Assembly (NCBI GenBank): GCA_951406725.2
Contig: OX597816.1
Coordinates: 82,646,001-82,710,000 of the forward strand
Direction: 5' to 3'
DNA: 64,000 nucleotides
From: Octopus vulgaris
Lineage: Eukaryota
Shown here: positions 12,485 to 24,788 of the stretch, one piece after another
Position numbering within the stretch: the first letter of the stretch is position 1
Layout: each line of letters begins with the position of its first letter
Position numbers and translations under genes: made by a program
Notes under the pieces: generated by a model
Told to the model about the DNA's origin: nothing
Database searches by the model: none
What the model saw: only the letters and a program-made list of their open reading frames with translations

Positions 12485-12730
12485 AAGTTCCAAAACAAGC
12501 AAAATGGAAAAAATTTAAAAACTAGGATGCTATCAGAGTAAATTTAATTTATTTATTTTATAATATGCCTTTTGTAAACAATTAATTATAAGTTTCCAAT
12601 GAGCCAATCTTGACATTTCTAATAAAATTGATAAGAGTACCTGTGTAGTTCAGAGGGAATAAATGTAAAGGTGTTTTTCCTCAAACATGCACATCTTTCA
12701 CTAATATACTTATACCCAGGTAAATATATC

Positions 12731-12990
12731 TACAGGTGTGGCTGTGTGGTAAGATGTTTGCTTCTCAACCATATGGTTCTGGGTCCAGTTCCCAGGCCAC
12801 CCAAAACCTGGTGAGTGGATTTGGTAGACAGAAAATGAAAGAAGCCCATTGTGTGTATATCATCATCATTATCATTGTTTAGCCTCCATTGTCCATGCTG
12901 GCATGGGTTGGATTGTTTGACCCGGGCTCGGAAGCTGGAAAGCTGCATCAGATTCCAGTCTGATTTGGCATGGTTTCTATGGCTGGATGC
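12731..12990. mobile_element. tRNA-derived SINE head (+) abutting an inverted RTE-type 3' tail
   Basis: ggctgtgtggtaag...catatggttctgggtccagttcc...gtgagtggatttggtagacagaaa matches the 62420-62782 family. Then (CAT)n-ccatgctggcatgggttgga...ggatgccgtccctaatgcc. Confidence 0.7.
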
Positions 12991-13215
12991 CGTCCCTAAT
13001 GCCAGCCCAGACTAAAATCCTCTTCAACTGAGTGGGACTAAAGTAGAAAGGGAAGCAGGTGTATGCTGTGAGATGATGAGTTAAACTGAGACAGAAAGGG
13101 CCCCGAAAAGAACAGGTTTCTGTAGGGGAACTACACAATCACTCACATTATAGAAAGTGAGTGTGGTTAAGAAAGAATTAAAATGAGATAGAGAGAGAAG
13201 GGAAAAGCTGAAGAA

Positions 13216-13259
<44 letters not shown>

Positions 13260-15274
13260 AGTGAAACTGAAAGTAAAAGAAAAAGAAAAAGTCTGATGCC
13301 ATGAACAGACATTTCTGTACTTTAAATTAACACTTTTACTGTACTACCACTCCATTATAACTATCAATTTTTCACCATCTCTTTTCTTGAGTCCTTCTCA
13401 TTTTTCCACAGAGGTTTTTGGATTCCTGATTTTTTCTTCAAGTATTATTTTGGGGCTGAATTTGAATGTGTGTACAAATTTTGGAAGAGATTTTTAGTGG
13501 GTGTCCATTTATAGTGTCATCAATTTAGTGAGAATGGTCACTAATTTATAGTATGAAAGTATTCATGGAAAAGCCCTGTGAGTGAGCTTTTGAGAAGCAT
13601 ACATAATGGAATATCAGAAGGCATTTTTATACAAAACATTTTAATCTATTAAAAGATAATGAGAGCTGACAAGTAGTAAGAGTGTAGCCTGAGTGTGTGT
13701 GCATGAGTCAGGGAAAACTTTATATCTTATGATTGAAATACAGATTCAGTTGGAAGTCATTTTAAGCTAATAGGAATTGAGCTAGTGTAAACAAAAATAT
13801 ACCAGTCATAATATGACCAGAGTAGTGAGCTGATGTCATCCAGAATTTCATGGATTGAAGTTGGTATAAATGAAATAGGCTATTCATGATGTGATCAGTG
13901 TTGGAGGGCAAGTATAATTCATAACTAGTGACAAGAAGCTCATGTGAAAAACTGTTCATGATGAAGAAACAATGTTGCTGGTCTACCATCTTTCCATTAA
14001 CAGAGAGTTGCCTTTGGTATTAATATACTCCCAGTCCAGATTGGCTGGATGCGATAACTAAAATAGCTTTCCTGACTTGCTACAGATTTATTGAGAAACA
14101 TTTCAAGGCAAACAAACATTGACATTTAAAGAGTTGAGATTTTATGTGTATGGTGCAGTTTAATTCAAACTCTAATGGTTTGCAAGGACATGTATTGATT
14201 TAAGGGATGAATTATTAGGGGTTTCCCATTGAATTTTACAGATCCATAAGAAAACGACACTATTCACTTTTGCCCACCCACTTCCCCTACTTGCTATCAC
14301 CTTTAGTAATATACACAATGTTGCAGATGATATCACTGCTCATTCCTCCTTAATCTTTTGCATCTTAAACATTTCATCCCAAATCTACATTGACACCACG
14401 AACAATCTTCAAAAACTTTTTCTAACAGGGTCATGTGAATCTTGTCTCCTTCACCAGCACTGATAATCACTACATATTATCATAGTCATGTCCCTTGATA
14501 TGAACAGCATGCAGTTAGAATCTTCAAAATTACTACAAATGCTATGTAGAATCATAACTTAAGGTCTCTCCTGGAGAATGTATATTTTTCATATAGCTAA
14601 AATTATCTTGTAAAAACTGATCTTCTACTTCAGCACCAACAAGTACTTGTAGTCTCCACACAGATCTGATGAAACCTACAATAGAATACCATTTTCATAT
14701 TTGTGATAGTGCTGCTACTTACACAGACAACTTAAACCACAACTGAAGAAAGTCTATCTGATTAGCATGAAGTCATCCTCCAATATACTTCAATCTTGGC
14801 TCCACAGATGCACTGTCAACTTTGCCTTTTATACCTTTATTTCAGAGGCCTCTGTTCCTAGTAGCTGGATGAAATCATATCACCTTCATCATTCCTGCTG
14901 TGCCCAATTTTATCCCCATACATTAGTTACAACACTAATTCATTCTTCCCTAGAACATTAGCTGGAATTTCATTCCTGCAATTGTTGACTTATCACTGTT
15001 CAAGAGGAACATTAATTGCATCAGTCTTGCTAATTTCTGAGAGTTTATAAATGCTATAGACAGAGAATCTTCCTTCTGATCCAATCTACTATGTTAACAA
15101 ATTATAATTTTGCAGTTCTGCCAAATTGTAACACAGGATATGAATGGCTGATCTCTTGACTAGGTGTGTAGTCTCCATTGGGCTAACTTCTATATATTAA
15201 TGATATCAATATGAAACTGATTATTCAGACATCTGGTAAACAGGATCTTATCAGCATATTATCTCTCATGCTTG

Positions 15275-16972
15275 TTTTTCATGGAAAGAAACAAAACATA
15301 AATAGAATTCTTTTGCAACTAGCAAGTAATGGAACATACACTTATCATGCCACAAGACAGTCCACTCACACTCCTGTCTCATACTGATTGTTGAAGTGTT
15401 TATCTGGTGTCAATATCTTTTCTGTCTTTTGTAGCAACAACCATAGACTATTGTCAATGGTAAGAATATTTTGCATTTAAAAATCTCAATAGAATTTGTT
15501 CTTTCCATCAACTCAGCCAAATCCTCACACAGGTGACTACTGAAAATCAGAAATCATTTTTACCATTACAATTAGTGACCTCAAGAAGAGACATGCACTG
15601 CAGCCTAAAACTTTCAACAACACTGCTGAAATGCTTGTACATGACCCTGTCAAGAATGCTATGCAGCTTATCAACACACTAAACAGGTTCACAAACACTG
15701 CCAATATATCTTAGCAAGTATATTTTTCCATTCATCATAGCTTTGTCCAAATTACCAACATTCCTGTTGTGGATACATTGGTGATCCCATCACAAACACG
15801 TTATGCTGTTTCTCGGCACATCAAGCATTTTCAGCTACATCACAAAGATGCCAGTATGCTACCTGCAACATCATCAATACCCATTAATGTGACCAATAAA
15901 TTCTTTGTCTTGTTTTCTTTATTGTTCATCTTCAAAAAAAAAAAAGGACTTCGTCAGTATTGACTCACCACGAGTCTCAATCATCAATACATTCTTCCAC
16001 TGATACCTCCACATCCATCCTAGTGACAATGATTTTTCTTTGGATCTTTCCTTTTCCTATGTTTCTGACAAAGAGCTCTGCTCGAAATGTTAAACCCTCC
16101 TTCTTTCCTGAGTGTCCAATAACACTATACTTGTTCCACGTCCTTGTGTTGTGTTTTCATGTTTGGATTAACTATATATATATATATATATAAAATGTTC
16201 TCAAATACCTTGCTATGCAGATTTCTGCACCTCAAGCTCATACAAAACAGTACTACAATGTGCATGGAAAATGTTTTCTGTCAGTACTCCAGTCTTTTCA
16301 GCTAGATCATCTGCTTGCTATCTATGCAATTTCGGCAACATCCTCAGTCCTGCATTCACCTTTTCTAATGTATATTCCAGTACACACTTCAGATCTGCAC
16401 CTATTCTCATTTTGTTCAATTCACCAATAATGGTCATTTCATTGGCAGGAATATTTGACAGTTTCAAAACACCAAGGAACTGATACCAGATTGCTAAGGT
16501 TCAACAACCAGAATTTAGGTTAGAAATCAATGATGTGAGTGCATGATAAACCAATCAGGTCTTTGGCAGAATGCAATGTATGAACATGAATGTTATTCAC
16601 TCAACTATTGATGATGATATTAAAAAACTGACCACTCAGACAATAGACAATATGATAAATAGTATCTTATTAGAAAGTTGATTATTTTTCATGGACAAAA
16701 ACAAACTATAAACAGAATTCTTTTGCCACCGGAAAGTAGTGAGTTATACACTAGTCATGCTGCCAGACAGTCCACTCACAGTCCTGTCTCATATTGACTA
16801 TTTAACTGTGCATCTGGTGTCAATATTGTTTCCGTCCTTGGTAGCAATGACAAACTGCAGTTGTCAAATGTAAAATTAAAACTATTTTCACTTTTAAAAT
16901 CTCAATGGAATTTGTGTTCTTTGCATCAACATCAACTTAGCCAAATCAATACACTAGTGACTACCAAAAATA
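15275..16972 (+). repeat. Diverged ~280-bp direct repeat pair (15275-15548 and 16685-16972)
   Basis: Shared tttttcatgga..agaattcttttgc..agacagtccactcaca.tcctgtctcata..atctggtgtcaatat..aaaatctcaat.gaatttgt. Confidence 0.8.
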
Positions 16973-18646
16973 GTTTTATCATTACATATGTAACATCACA
17001 ATCAACTGGTGTTCTGTTTAAAAGTTAATCTTATTCTCAACATTCTAACATATTTCACAACCAAAACCTATCCTATCAATATATGGTGGTTTTTGAGGTT
17101 GCAAGGGGTGACAGATAGGTGGATAAATTACTTTGAAGTACTTATGTATCCTAAGTTCCTTGTTCAAATCTTGCTGATATCAAACTTCACCTTTCATCCT
17201 GGGGTAAAAAAAAAAAAGTCAACTTCTCTTTTTGCAAAATTTGCAGGCTCCTGTTAAATTTCGAACTCATTTCTTTTTTTATAAATAAATATACCACTGT
17301 AATTTGTAAGAATTTTAGTTCATCTTATTTTTAAATTTATTTATCTTCTACATTTACAAAATGTTTCAACATGTTCAGTTTCCAGTTTATCAGATTATAT
17401 AATTTATTACAGACAAGCTTTCTTCAAATCTTATATTGCTTTTAAGTTTTACAAGAAATTGGGCAACGTTGCTGAGAGGTAAAGTAGGACATTTGAAAGA
17501 TGATTTACAACGACATGAAATATGTTGTAGAAAATCTCACTGACACTGTCCCAGGTTGGGATAGGATGTAAAAATAAATAAAAAAAAAATAAAAAAGGAA
17601 GGGGGCAGGATTTCGAGTTTTTTTTTTTTTATGGAATGGGATTGTTCAATTCAGTAATTCAATCCAATTCAATGGATTCACATAAAGCTTATTCACAATA
17701 AACACCAGCTGGACTTTTATAATATCATTATTTCCCTTGCTTTATAGCCACTGTCTAACAGCAGTCTTCTATAATAGCAATATTATGTTAATATATATAC
17801 CCGTCATCAACACGTGTGTGTGTATGTGAGAGAGAGAGAGAAAGAAAGAGAGTATATGTGTGTGAGTGCAGGCATGGCTGTGTAGTTAAAAAGTTTACTT
17901 TGCAATCAATAATCAAGACATCTCAGAATGAATGCCACTGTGTGGTATCTTGGATAAATGTTGTTTATCACAGCTTTGAGTTGACCCAGGTCTTGTGAAT
18001 AAAATTAGGTAAACAGAAACTGTGGAAAATCATCAATTATATTGTACATGTAGTTCAAAAGGCCAGCCTTCCAACCCTGTCACACACACTGTGTCATATT
18101 GATTCTGCCTGAGGATTACATTAATGGTACATGTGACTGTGAAATACTCAACCACTTACACTATAATTCAATGAATAGGCAGATCAGTTGATCAAACAAC
18201 TGGGAAACTCATTGTCGAAATAGACGGAGATTCATTTACTTTATGTATGTATAATACACACACATATATGCCAACATAAACATATAGTAATCAAAAAGCA
18301 ACCGTGTACTTAGGAATTATTTGTATATTAACAATATCAACTTTTAATTAAAATTTCTATTTTACCAATCATTTGCTTGAACACATTTCCTAATGTGTTG
18401 CTTTGCATTTGTAAAAATTTTATTCAGTGTTTCTGGACAATAATTATTTCATAGTGCACAATTACTTTTGATCACTTGTGTGTGTATGTAACTATGTACA
18501 TTGGAGTGTATTGTGGTAGGAAAAAAAACCTTTTTACATAATAATAGTTAGAATGTTTGTCTGACCAATTCTGAATTTTTCCCTTTTTTAAAAATGTCTC
18601 AAACACATTTTTGTATTTTTATTTGCTCCTGAAACCATAAAGACAC

Positions 18647-18695
<49 letters not shown>

Positions 18696-19689
18696 AAGGG
18701 TTTAGAATATTGCAGCTTTATAACATAAGATTATTTTGTTTGAGACTTTTTGAAGATTCAGAAAATAAACTTGGTCAACAAAACAAACATATGTTTAACT
18801 AAAAATTAAACATAATATTATATATATATATATGAATGTATGTGTAACTTTAAACAACTCCAGGAGTGAAGTAGAAATTTTTAAAGATTGCATGTGTATT
18901 ATATGTGTCTGTTTATCTGTCTGTGAGTGTATGTATACACATATATATATATATATACTCACATACATATGCATGCACAAAGTGAAAAGTATGTAACTAT
19001 ACAGGCATTACAAGGAAAAAATAGTGGAAGAATCACATGGGAACTGAACCCAAGTGCACTAACTTTATGCTACTGGGTAATGTTAATTGGCAACACGTGT
19101 AAGTTTATATGGTGAAATATATAAAAAAAGGGCCTGGACATGTTTGAATGACTAGCAGCATAAAGTTAATACATTCTGGGTATTAAGTAAAGATCCTTCA
19201 TAAATTTGTGTAATTTACTTAGGGTTATATATAGCTGGATTTAGCTGAACATCTCAAGAGAGAGAAAAGGATAAATTTTCATACTGCGGTTTCAGGTTGA
19301 AATGTCAGTTTTCATTTATTCACAATTTTGGCCACAAGTTTCTTTCTTTCTTTTTTTTTTTTTTAATAAATTTTGTTTGTTAAATCTGAAATATCCAGAC
19401 TGTAAAAACCAGTGTTAAAATCTGGATATTCCAACAGTCAAATTGTTGTTTTTACTCGATGATCCAAATTTCTCACAGATATCAATACATTTGCGTGTGA
19501 GTTTCTGTGTGCTATTTCGATGATTCAAGATCCCATCAAATGTATCTGGAGAAGGGATCAGGAATGATCTTTCCCCAAAACTAAAATGTTTTTTACTTCT
19601 CCATTTCAGTTTGTTGTTTTAAATCTATATGCATGTCTGCACGTGCAATATATGTACATAAGCACATGAGTGCACAAATGTAAATACAA

Positions 19690-19875
19690 TGTGTATGTGT
19701 TATATATATATATACATATATATAAATATATATAATGTCTATGCATACATACAATGTATATGCATATATATATACATATAATGTATATTGCATATATATA
19801 TATATATATACATACAATGTATATTGCATATATATTTATACATACAATGTATATTGCATATATATATATATACAT

Positions 19876-19918
<43 letters not shown>

Positions 19919-20040
19919 AATAGAGTATATATATATAATGTATATACATATATACACACACATATATACATATATGTGTGTGTGTGTGTATATATATATA
20001 TGTATAAACACCTACATACAGACAGATATACATATATATT
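19690..20040. repeat. Compound (TA)n/(CA)n microsatellite downstream of the MAP2K4 stop
   Basis: Directly visible TA/CA/TG runs with a repeated catacaatgtatattgcata unit. Confidence 0.95.
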
Positions 20041-20228
20041 TTTCTCGTGTGAAATCAATTTCATTTATTTATTTATTCATTTATTTATTTATCCCCTTTT
20101 CTTCTTCATTCTTTGCATTGTTAACAGAATTTCCTTTGAAGTTCTAAGTCTGCTTTGGTTCCAAGAGGAAGAAAAGTGGATAAAATAAATGCAAAAACCA
20201 TGATTTTGTTTTAGTAATTGGCTGATTG

Positions 20229-20339
20229 TTAAGAGGTTGAAGAAAGTCCCTGTGTTTCATAATATTGATCAATTACGTTGCATACATAACCAGCTACATC
20301 CACTTCTTCCTCTTCATAACGACGGATAAAGGGATGATC
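20229..20339 (-). CDS. MAP2K4: MAP kinase kinase 4 (MKK4/SEK1), last coding exon
   Basis: tctcttcAG acceptor. Translates DHPFIRRYEEEEVDVAGYVCNVIDQYYETQGLSSTS*, including the DVD-domain region (cf. HPFILMYEERAVEVACYVCKILD). Confidence 0.95.
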   Translation of the reverse strand, partial: DHPFIRRYEEEEVDVAGYVCNVIDQYYETQGLSSTS

Positions 20340-21624
20340 CTGAAGAGACAAATAGAAAAAGAAAAAATAGTAATTTTTGACATAGACACACAAAGTCACA
20401 CATTTCGTAGGGAAGAAACAATCAATAAAAGTTGACCTCCATATTTGATTGGTCTTTTCTTTTATCAATCTCCAGAAGGATGAACAACAGAGCTGACCTC
20501 AATAGGATTAAGAAAGTGAAAAGATGTAATGAAATATCAAAAGCATTTTGTCCGATGCAGTGATGCTTTAGCAATCTTGCTAATCATGCCACATTAGCAT
20601 AATAAACAAATAGAATAAGTGAAAAACAAAGTAGAAAATATGGACATAAAAAACAAATTGGAAGATAGTTTTAATGAAGAGATTGTCAGTAGCCATGACA
20701 TTGGTGATTTTATCCTATGAATTAATAAGGCCATAAAGTACTGGTGATGGCTTGGATAACTGTAATTCTTTAATGAGAGCTATGGATGAATGAATTTGCT
20801 GGATATCAGACAATTTGTAAAGAATTCAGAAGTTGGTGTCTAGTTAATGGTATTGTGTAGTGTTCAGGGCCAACATAATTATCAGTCAAGTTCATCCATG
20901 TATGTAGGAGCCAAAGGTGAAAAGAAAGAATGCTGTAAGTTAGTAGATATGAGTTGAGCTGTTTCTGTCCATTACAGTCAAAAGAAGAGTTCTTACATTG
21001 GCTGTGGTTACTGTTTAGGACCAAGTTATCTCTAACTGAGCTCATGTATAACTGATTTTAAGATATTCCTCATGTGACCATTTTTCAGAATCATTGTCTC
21101 TAGGACATCGTTACTCAATGTGTCCTTCTTTTATTTGAAGATAATAGGGTGTAATTGAAGAAAGATTTGGTTGCTTTTTTCAGCAAATTAAGTGACTGCA
21201 TAAAGTTGATTTCACTGGTTCACATTCCACATGTCAACAAAGCTGATCATCCATCGGTGAACAAACTCAGATTGCAAAAGTCAAGTAACTGACTCAGTTT
21301 GTGAACAGTATAATGACTACTTGATAATTGAGAGAGAAGATGTTTAAGACCCCAGAAGAAAGATTCTAATTTTGATGCCAAGATATAAACTATTGAATCT
21401 TTGATTTACAAATGGATGTCAATTTGGCCAGCAACAATTCTTAATAGATGTAAAAGGATCAAAAAGGTTTTAAGTTAGTTTCATTATAAAGGAATATAAC
21501 AGACTACCCTATAAACAATGCAAACAATAAAGATTAATGAGGTTTGTTTTGTAAATCTATATTTGACTACATTTTGGTGATTAATGTTTTATGATCACTT
21601 GATGTGTATGTGTGTGTGTAAGAT

Positions 21625-22240
21625 GTTGCTTTGAGTGGTACTAGTTCATATAACCCAGGATAACCTGTTACATGGCTGGGCTGATGGCGACTAAACAGGC
21701 ATCCTTCCTCCACCATCACGTTAACCTGGAGAGGAAAGTTCCTATAAACCCAGCAGAACAAAAACAAGGCCTGTCAAATAGGTGGAAGAACCTAGCATAG
21801 GGTCAATGATGATCTAGCAATAGTCTGTGGGGAGTGGGGGATACAGAACCAGTTGAGTCAATGAATGAGCATGCTGTAAGACCAGTTTGGAAGTAATGGA
21901 CTCCTAGTTCTTGCAAGAAGATCTGTTTAGGAGAAGGATAGATTAGGATCTATAACTGCAGAACAGGGGTGGGGTAATGTTTCTGTACTTTTCTGCATTC
22001 TTATGAGTCTGAGAAGACAAAGGCTAGGAGAGTACACCCTGAGAGTAAAATAAGCTGTGGTTGTTAAGTTAGGTCAGTTTTCAACAGACTGGATTTCTGG
22101 CAGCCTGTTGTAGTTGGGAGAAACAACTGATCACATTGGATTAACCATGCTATGGGACCTATCACCTTCACAACAAATATAATGTAACTATAAAGCTTTA
22201 TTGTGCTGATATCTTCTGCAATGAGGACCATGGATCTTTG
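21625..22240 (+). mobile_element. Probable decayed RTE-type LINE 5'UTR fragment
   Basis: A GC-richer block starting after a (TG)n run. Motifs (gatggcgactaaacagg; gactggatttctggcagc; ggattaaccatgctatggga) recall RTE 5' regions. Recognition from memory only. Confidence 0.4.
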
Positions 22241-22619
22241 ATTACAGAAGTAGTCGTGGTGGTTGTTGTTGCAGTGGTTGGTCTCTCATGCATGTGATGA
22301 TGAAATATCACTACTTTCATACTTTCTTCATATGTCACAGTAGGTGTAACATATACAGTAGCACTTGTGATTTTCCTGTGTGGCTGTACACTTCTTTGTT
22401 GTTGCAACCTTTTAAAAAGTACAGTCATCAACAAATTTGATGACAGCCACAACCAAGAATATATATCTATACACATATACCATAGCATGAGTAGGTTGTC
22501 ATGTTCTGAGTCAAATCTTCACCTATATGGGTCTGGTGACCACATCTTGCTGATACTGTTGATTTTTGGCATGGTTTAATGAAAGCGTTAAGCAGTATTT
22601 GTGTGCACGTGTGTGTAAG

Positions 22620-22669
<50 letters not shown>

Positions 22670-22706
22670 TAAAGGGTGAAATACAATAAATTTAATAAAA
22701 TCAATA

Positions 22707-23060
22707 AATTTCACCTAGTAGTATTTCGGTATGGAAAGGACCATGTTCGGTAAAAATTTATATAATTATAATAAAGGGTTTTTTCCAACAAGTTGCTTAA
22801 ACCACATACCGAAAATATTAGAAATAGCAGTCAAAGGGCTACCATTACCATTACTACAAAAATAAGTCTCCACAAACAACAGTATTTGTAACTCATATAC
22901 GGTAAAAGAAGAAAGGAAAACAACGAAACTACACAGTCTACTGGATTAATATTTTCGGTATGTGGTTTAAGCAACTTGTTGGAAAAAACCCTTTATTATA
23001 ATTATAATAAATTTATACTGAATATGGTCCTTTCCATACCGAAATACTGCTAGATGAAAT
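22707..23060. repeat. Fold-back element: ~113-bp inverted arms with ~125-bp spacer
   Basis: atttcggtatggaaaggaccat...gggttttttccaacaagttgcttaaaccacataccgaaaatatta has its reverse complement at 22947-23060. Flanked by (TA)n. Confidence 0.92.
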
Positions 23061-23084
23061 ATATATATAAATATATATATAAAA

Positions 23085-23410
23085 TGAGAATAACAAGATA
23101 GTCAGAATGCTGGATGATTATTTATATTTTTAGCGCTTTCTTCCGTTGTTGGATTTATGAAAAAAGTGGTTTACTTTTGCCTTTTTATATAAAATTGAAA
23201 CTGATGTTTTGGAAAGGGAGAGAAAGGTAAGGGGAGAGCAACCATCCCACCTCTCTCTCCCATTTTCCAAAACATCATCAGATTTAATTTTATATAAAAA
23301 GGCAAAAGCAAACTTACTGTAAAGCACTTTTTGATAAATCCAATAATGGAAGAAAGCGGTAAAAATATAAATAATCATCCATCATTCTGACTAGCTTGTT
23401 ATTTTCAATA
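23085..23410. repeat. Fold-back palindrome (~150-bp arms, small loop)
   Basis: aataacaag.tagtcagaatg.tggatgattatttatatttt...ttttgcctttttatataaaatt...gatgttttggaaa is mirrored in 23250-23410. Confidence 0.92.
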
Positions 23411-23443
23411 TACAATATCTGTACATCACTTCAAACACACAGA

Positions 23444-23475
<32 letters not shown>

Positions 23476-24049
23476 TATACATATACACACAAAACACATA
23501 TAGTTTATACACTGTAATGTGGTTGATGTTAGAAAGGCATCCAGCTGTAGAAACCATGCCAATGCAGATAGTAGAGCTTGGCACAATCCTTTGGCATGCC
23601 AGCTGTAGTCAAACCATCCAACCCGTGCCAGCATGAAAGGCAGATGTTAACTGTTGATGATTTATACACACACACACACACATACGTATATATATATATA
23701 TATACACACACACACATATATATATATAAAAATACACACGCACACACATTTATCATCACCAATGCTGCTGCCATCACGTTTTTCTATGTTGTTATGCCTT
23801 GAGCAGGTCTCACAATGCCTCAGTGTTCATTTGGCATAAACAAAATTGCAAATCTTTGTTATTGTATGTGTCATGTTTTTGACATGAGCTGGCTGCCCTT
23901 CTTGTTACCATCTGTTTTGCAGCATATATAAAAAGACACACACACACATTTACCTACTTGCAAATATAAACCCTTCTTCCATAAATGAGGGCATACAACA
24001 AAGTTTAAATGGTTAAGATGAAATGAATATAAAGAAAAATGTTCCTTAC

Positions 24050-24095
24050 CAATAATTTTCCATATTTTGGTCTTCTTCTCTCATCTTTTATCAAG
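24050..24095 (-). CDS. MAP2K4: MAP2K4 exon (46 nt)
   Basis: AG/GTAAG boundaries. Translates (C)LIKDERRRPKYGKLL, kinase subdomain XI. Confidence 0.93.
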
Positions 24096-24199
24096 CTAGA
24101 AAGAAAAGAAAAACAAAATCAGTTAAAAATGTGGGGAGATGTCACATGGAGTTGTTATTTTGTTATGGAAAGATTTCTCTTCATATTGTGGATAATCTT

Positions 24200-24540
24200 T
24201 TATCTTTTACTTGAGTCAGTGAGGATTGTGGCCATGCTGGGGCATTACTCTATTGGTTTAGTCAAACAAATTGACCCCAATACTTATTTTTTAAGTTTGG
24301 TACTTATTCTATCAGTTTCTTATGCTGAACTACTAAGATACAAGGAAGTGAATAAATCAATACTAGTAATCAAGTGGTTGTAGTCCAGGTGATGAGCTTC
24401 CACACAGTTTCTGTCAATCAAGTCTGCTCACAAGGCATTGGTTAGCCTGGGGCCACAGTAGAACACATTTGCCAAGATGCCACAGTATGGAACTGAACCT
24501 CAAACCATGTGGTTGCAAACTGACCTTCTTAACCACACAA
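24200..24540 (-). mobile_element. tRNA-derived SINE (same family as 62420-62782), diverged
   Basis: tgtggccatgctgg...gtcaaacaaattgaccccaatacttatt...cacaaggcattggttagcctgg...actgaacctcaaaccatgtggttg. Confidence 0.75.
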
Positions 24541-24642
24541 CCGTATTAGTCCAATCCATATTAGGATTGTGAAAATTATTTTGAAAAAAAAAAAAAAAGT
24601 AACAACAACAAAAAAACTTTATAAATGCAATATAATTCTTAC

Positions 24643-24788
24643 CATGTATATAAGAAACTTTTGAACTCATCAGAAAATCTTGAATCATATGTGCGCAAAC
24701 TGGGAGGAGGTCCTTGCACAACTTGGGTGAGCTGGTCAAAAACACTGTCCCACTTAGGGTAAGGAAAACGACCGGTAGATAGTTCCAT
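24643..24788 (-). CDS. MAP2K4: MAP2K4 exon (146 nt)
   Basis: CAG/GTAAG boundaries. Translates MELSTGRFPYPKWDSVFDQLTQVVQGPPPSLRTYDSRFSDEFKSFLYT(C). Confidence 0.95.

Noticed and set aside
13740-14060. Possible mariner transposase remnant (YS..PDLAGCD-like)
   Set aside because: Too degenerate to support by eye; needs a BLASTx search.
19593-20188. Long YI/IY-rich ORFs
   Set aside because: Translations of a (TA)n/(CA)n microsatellite.
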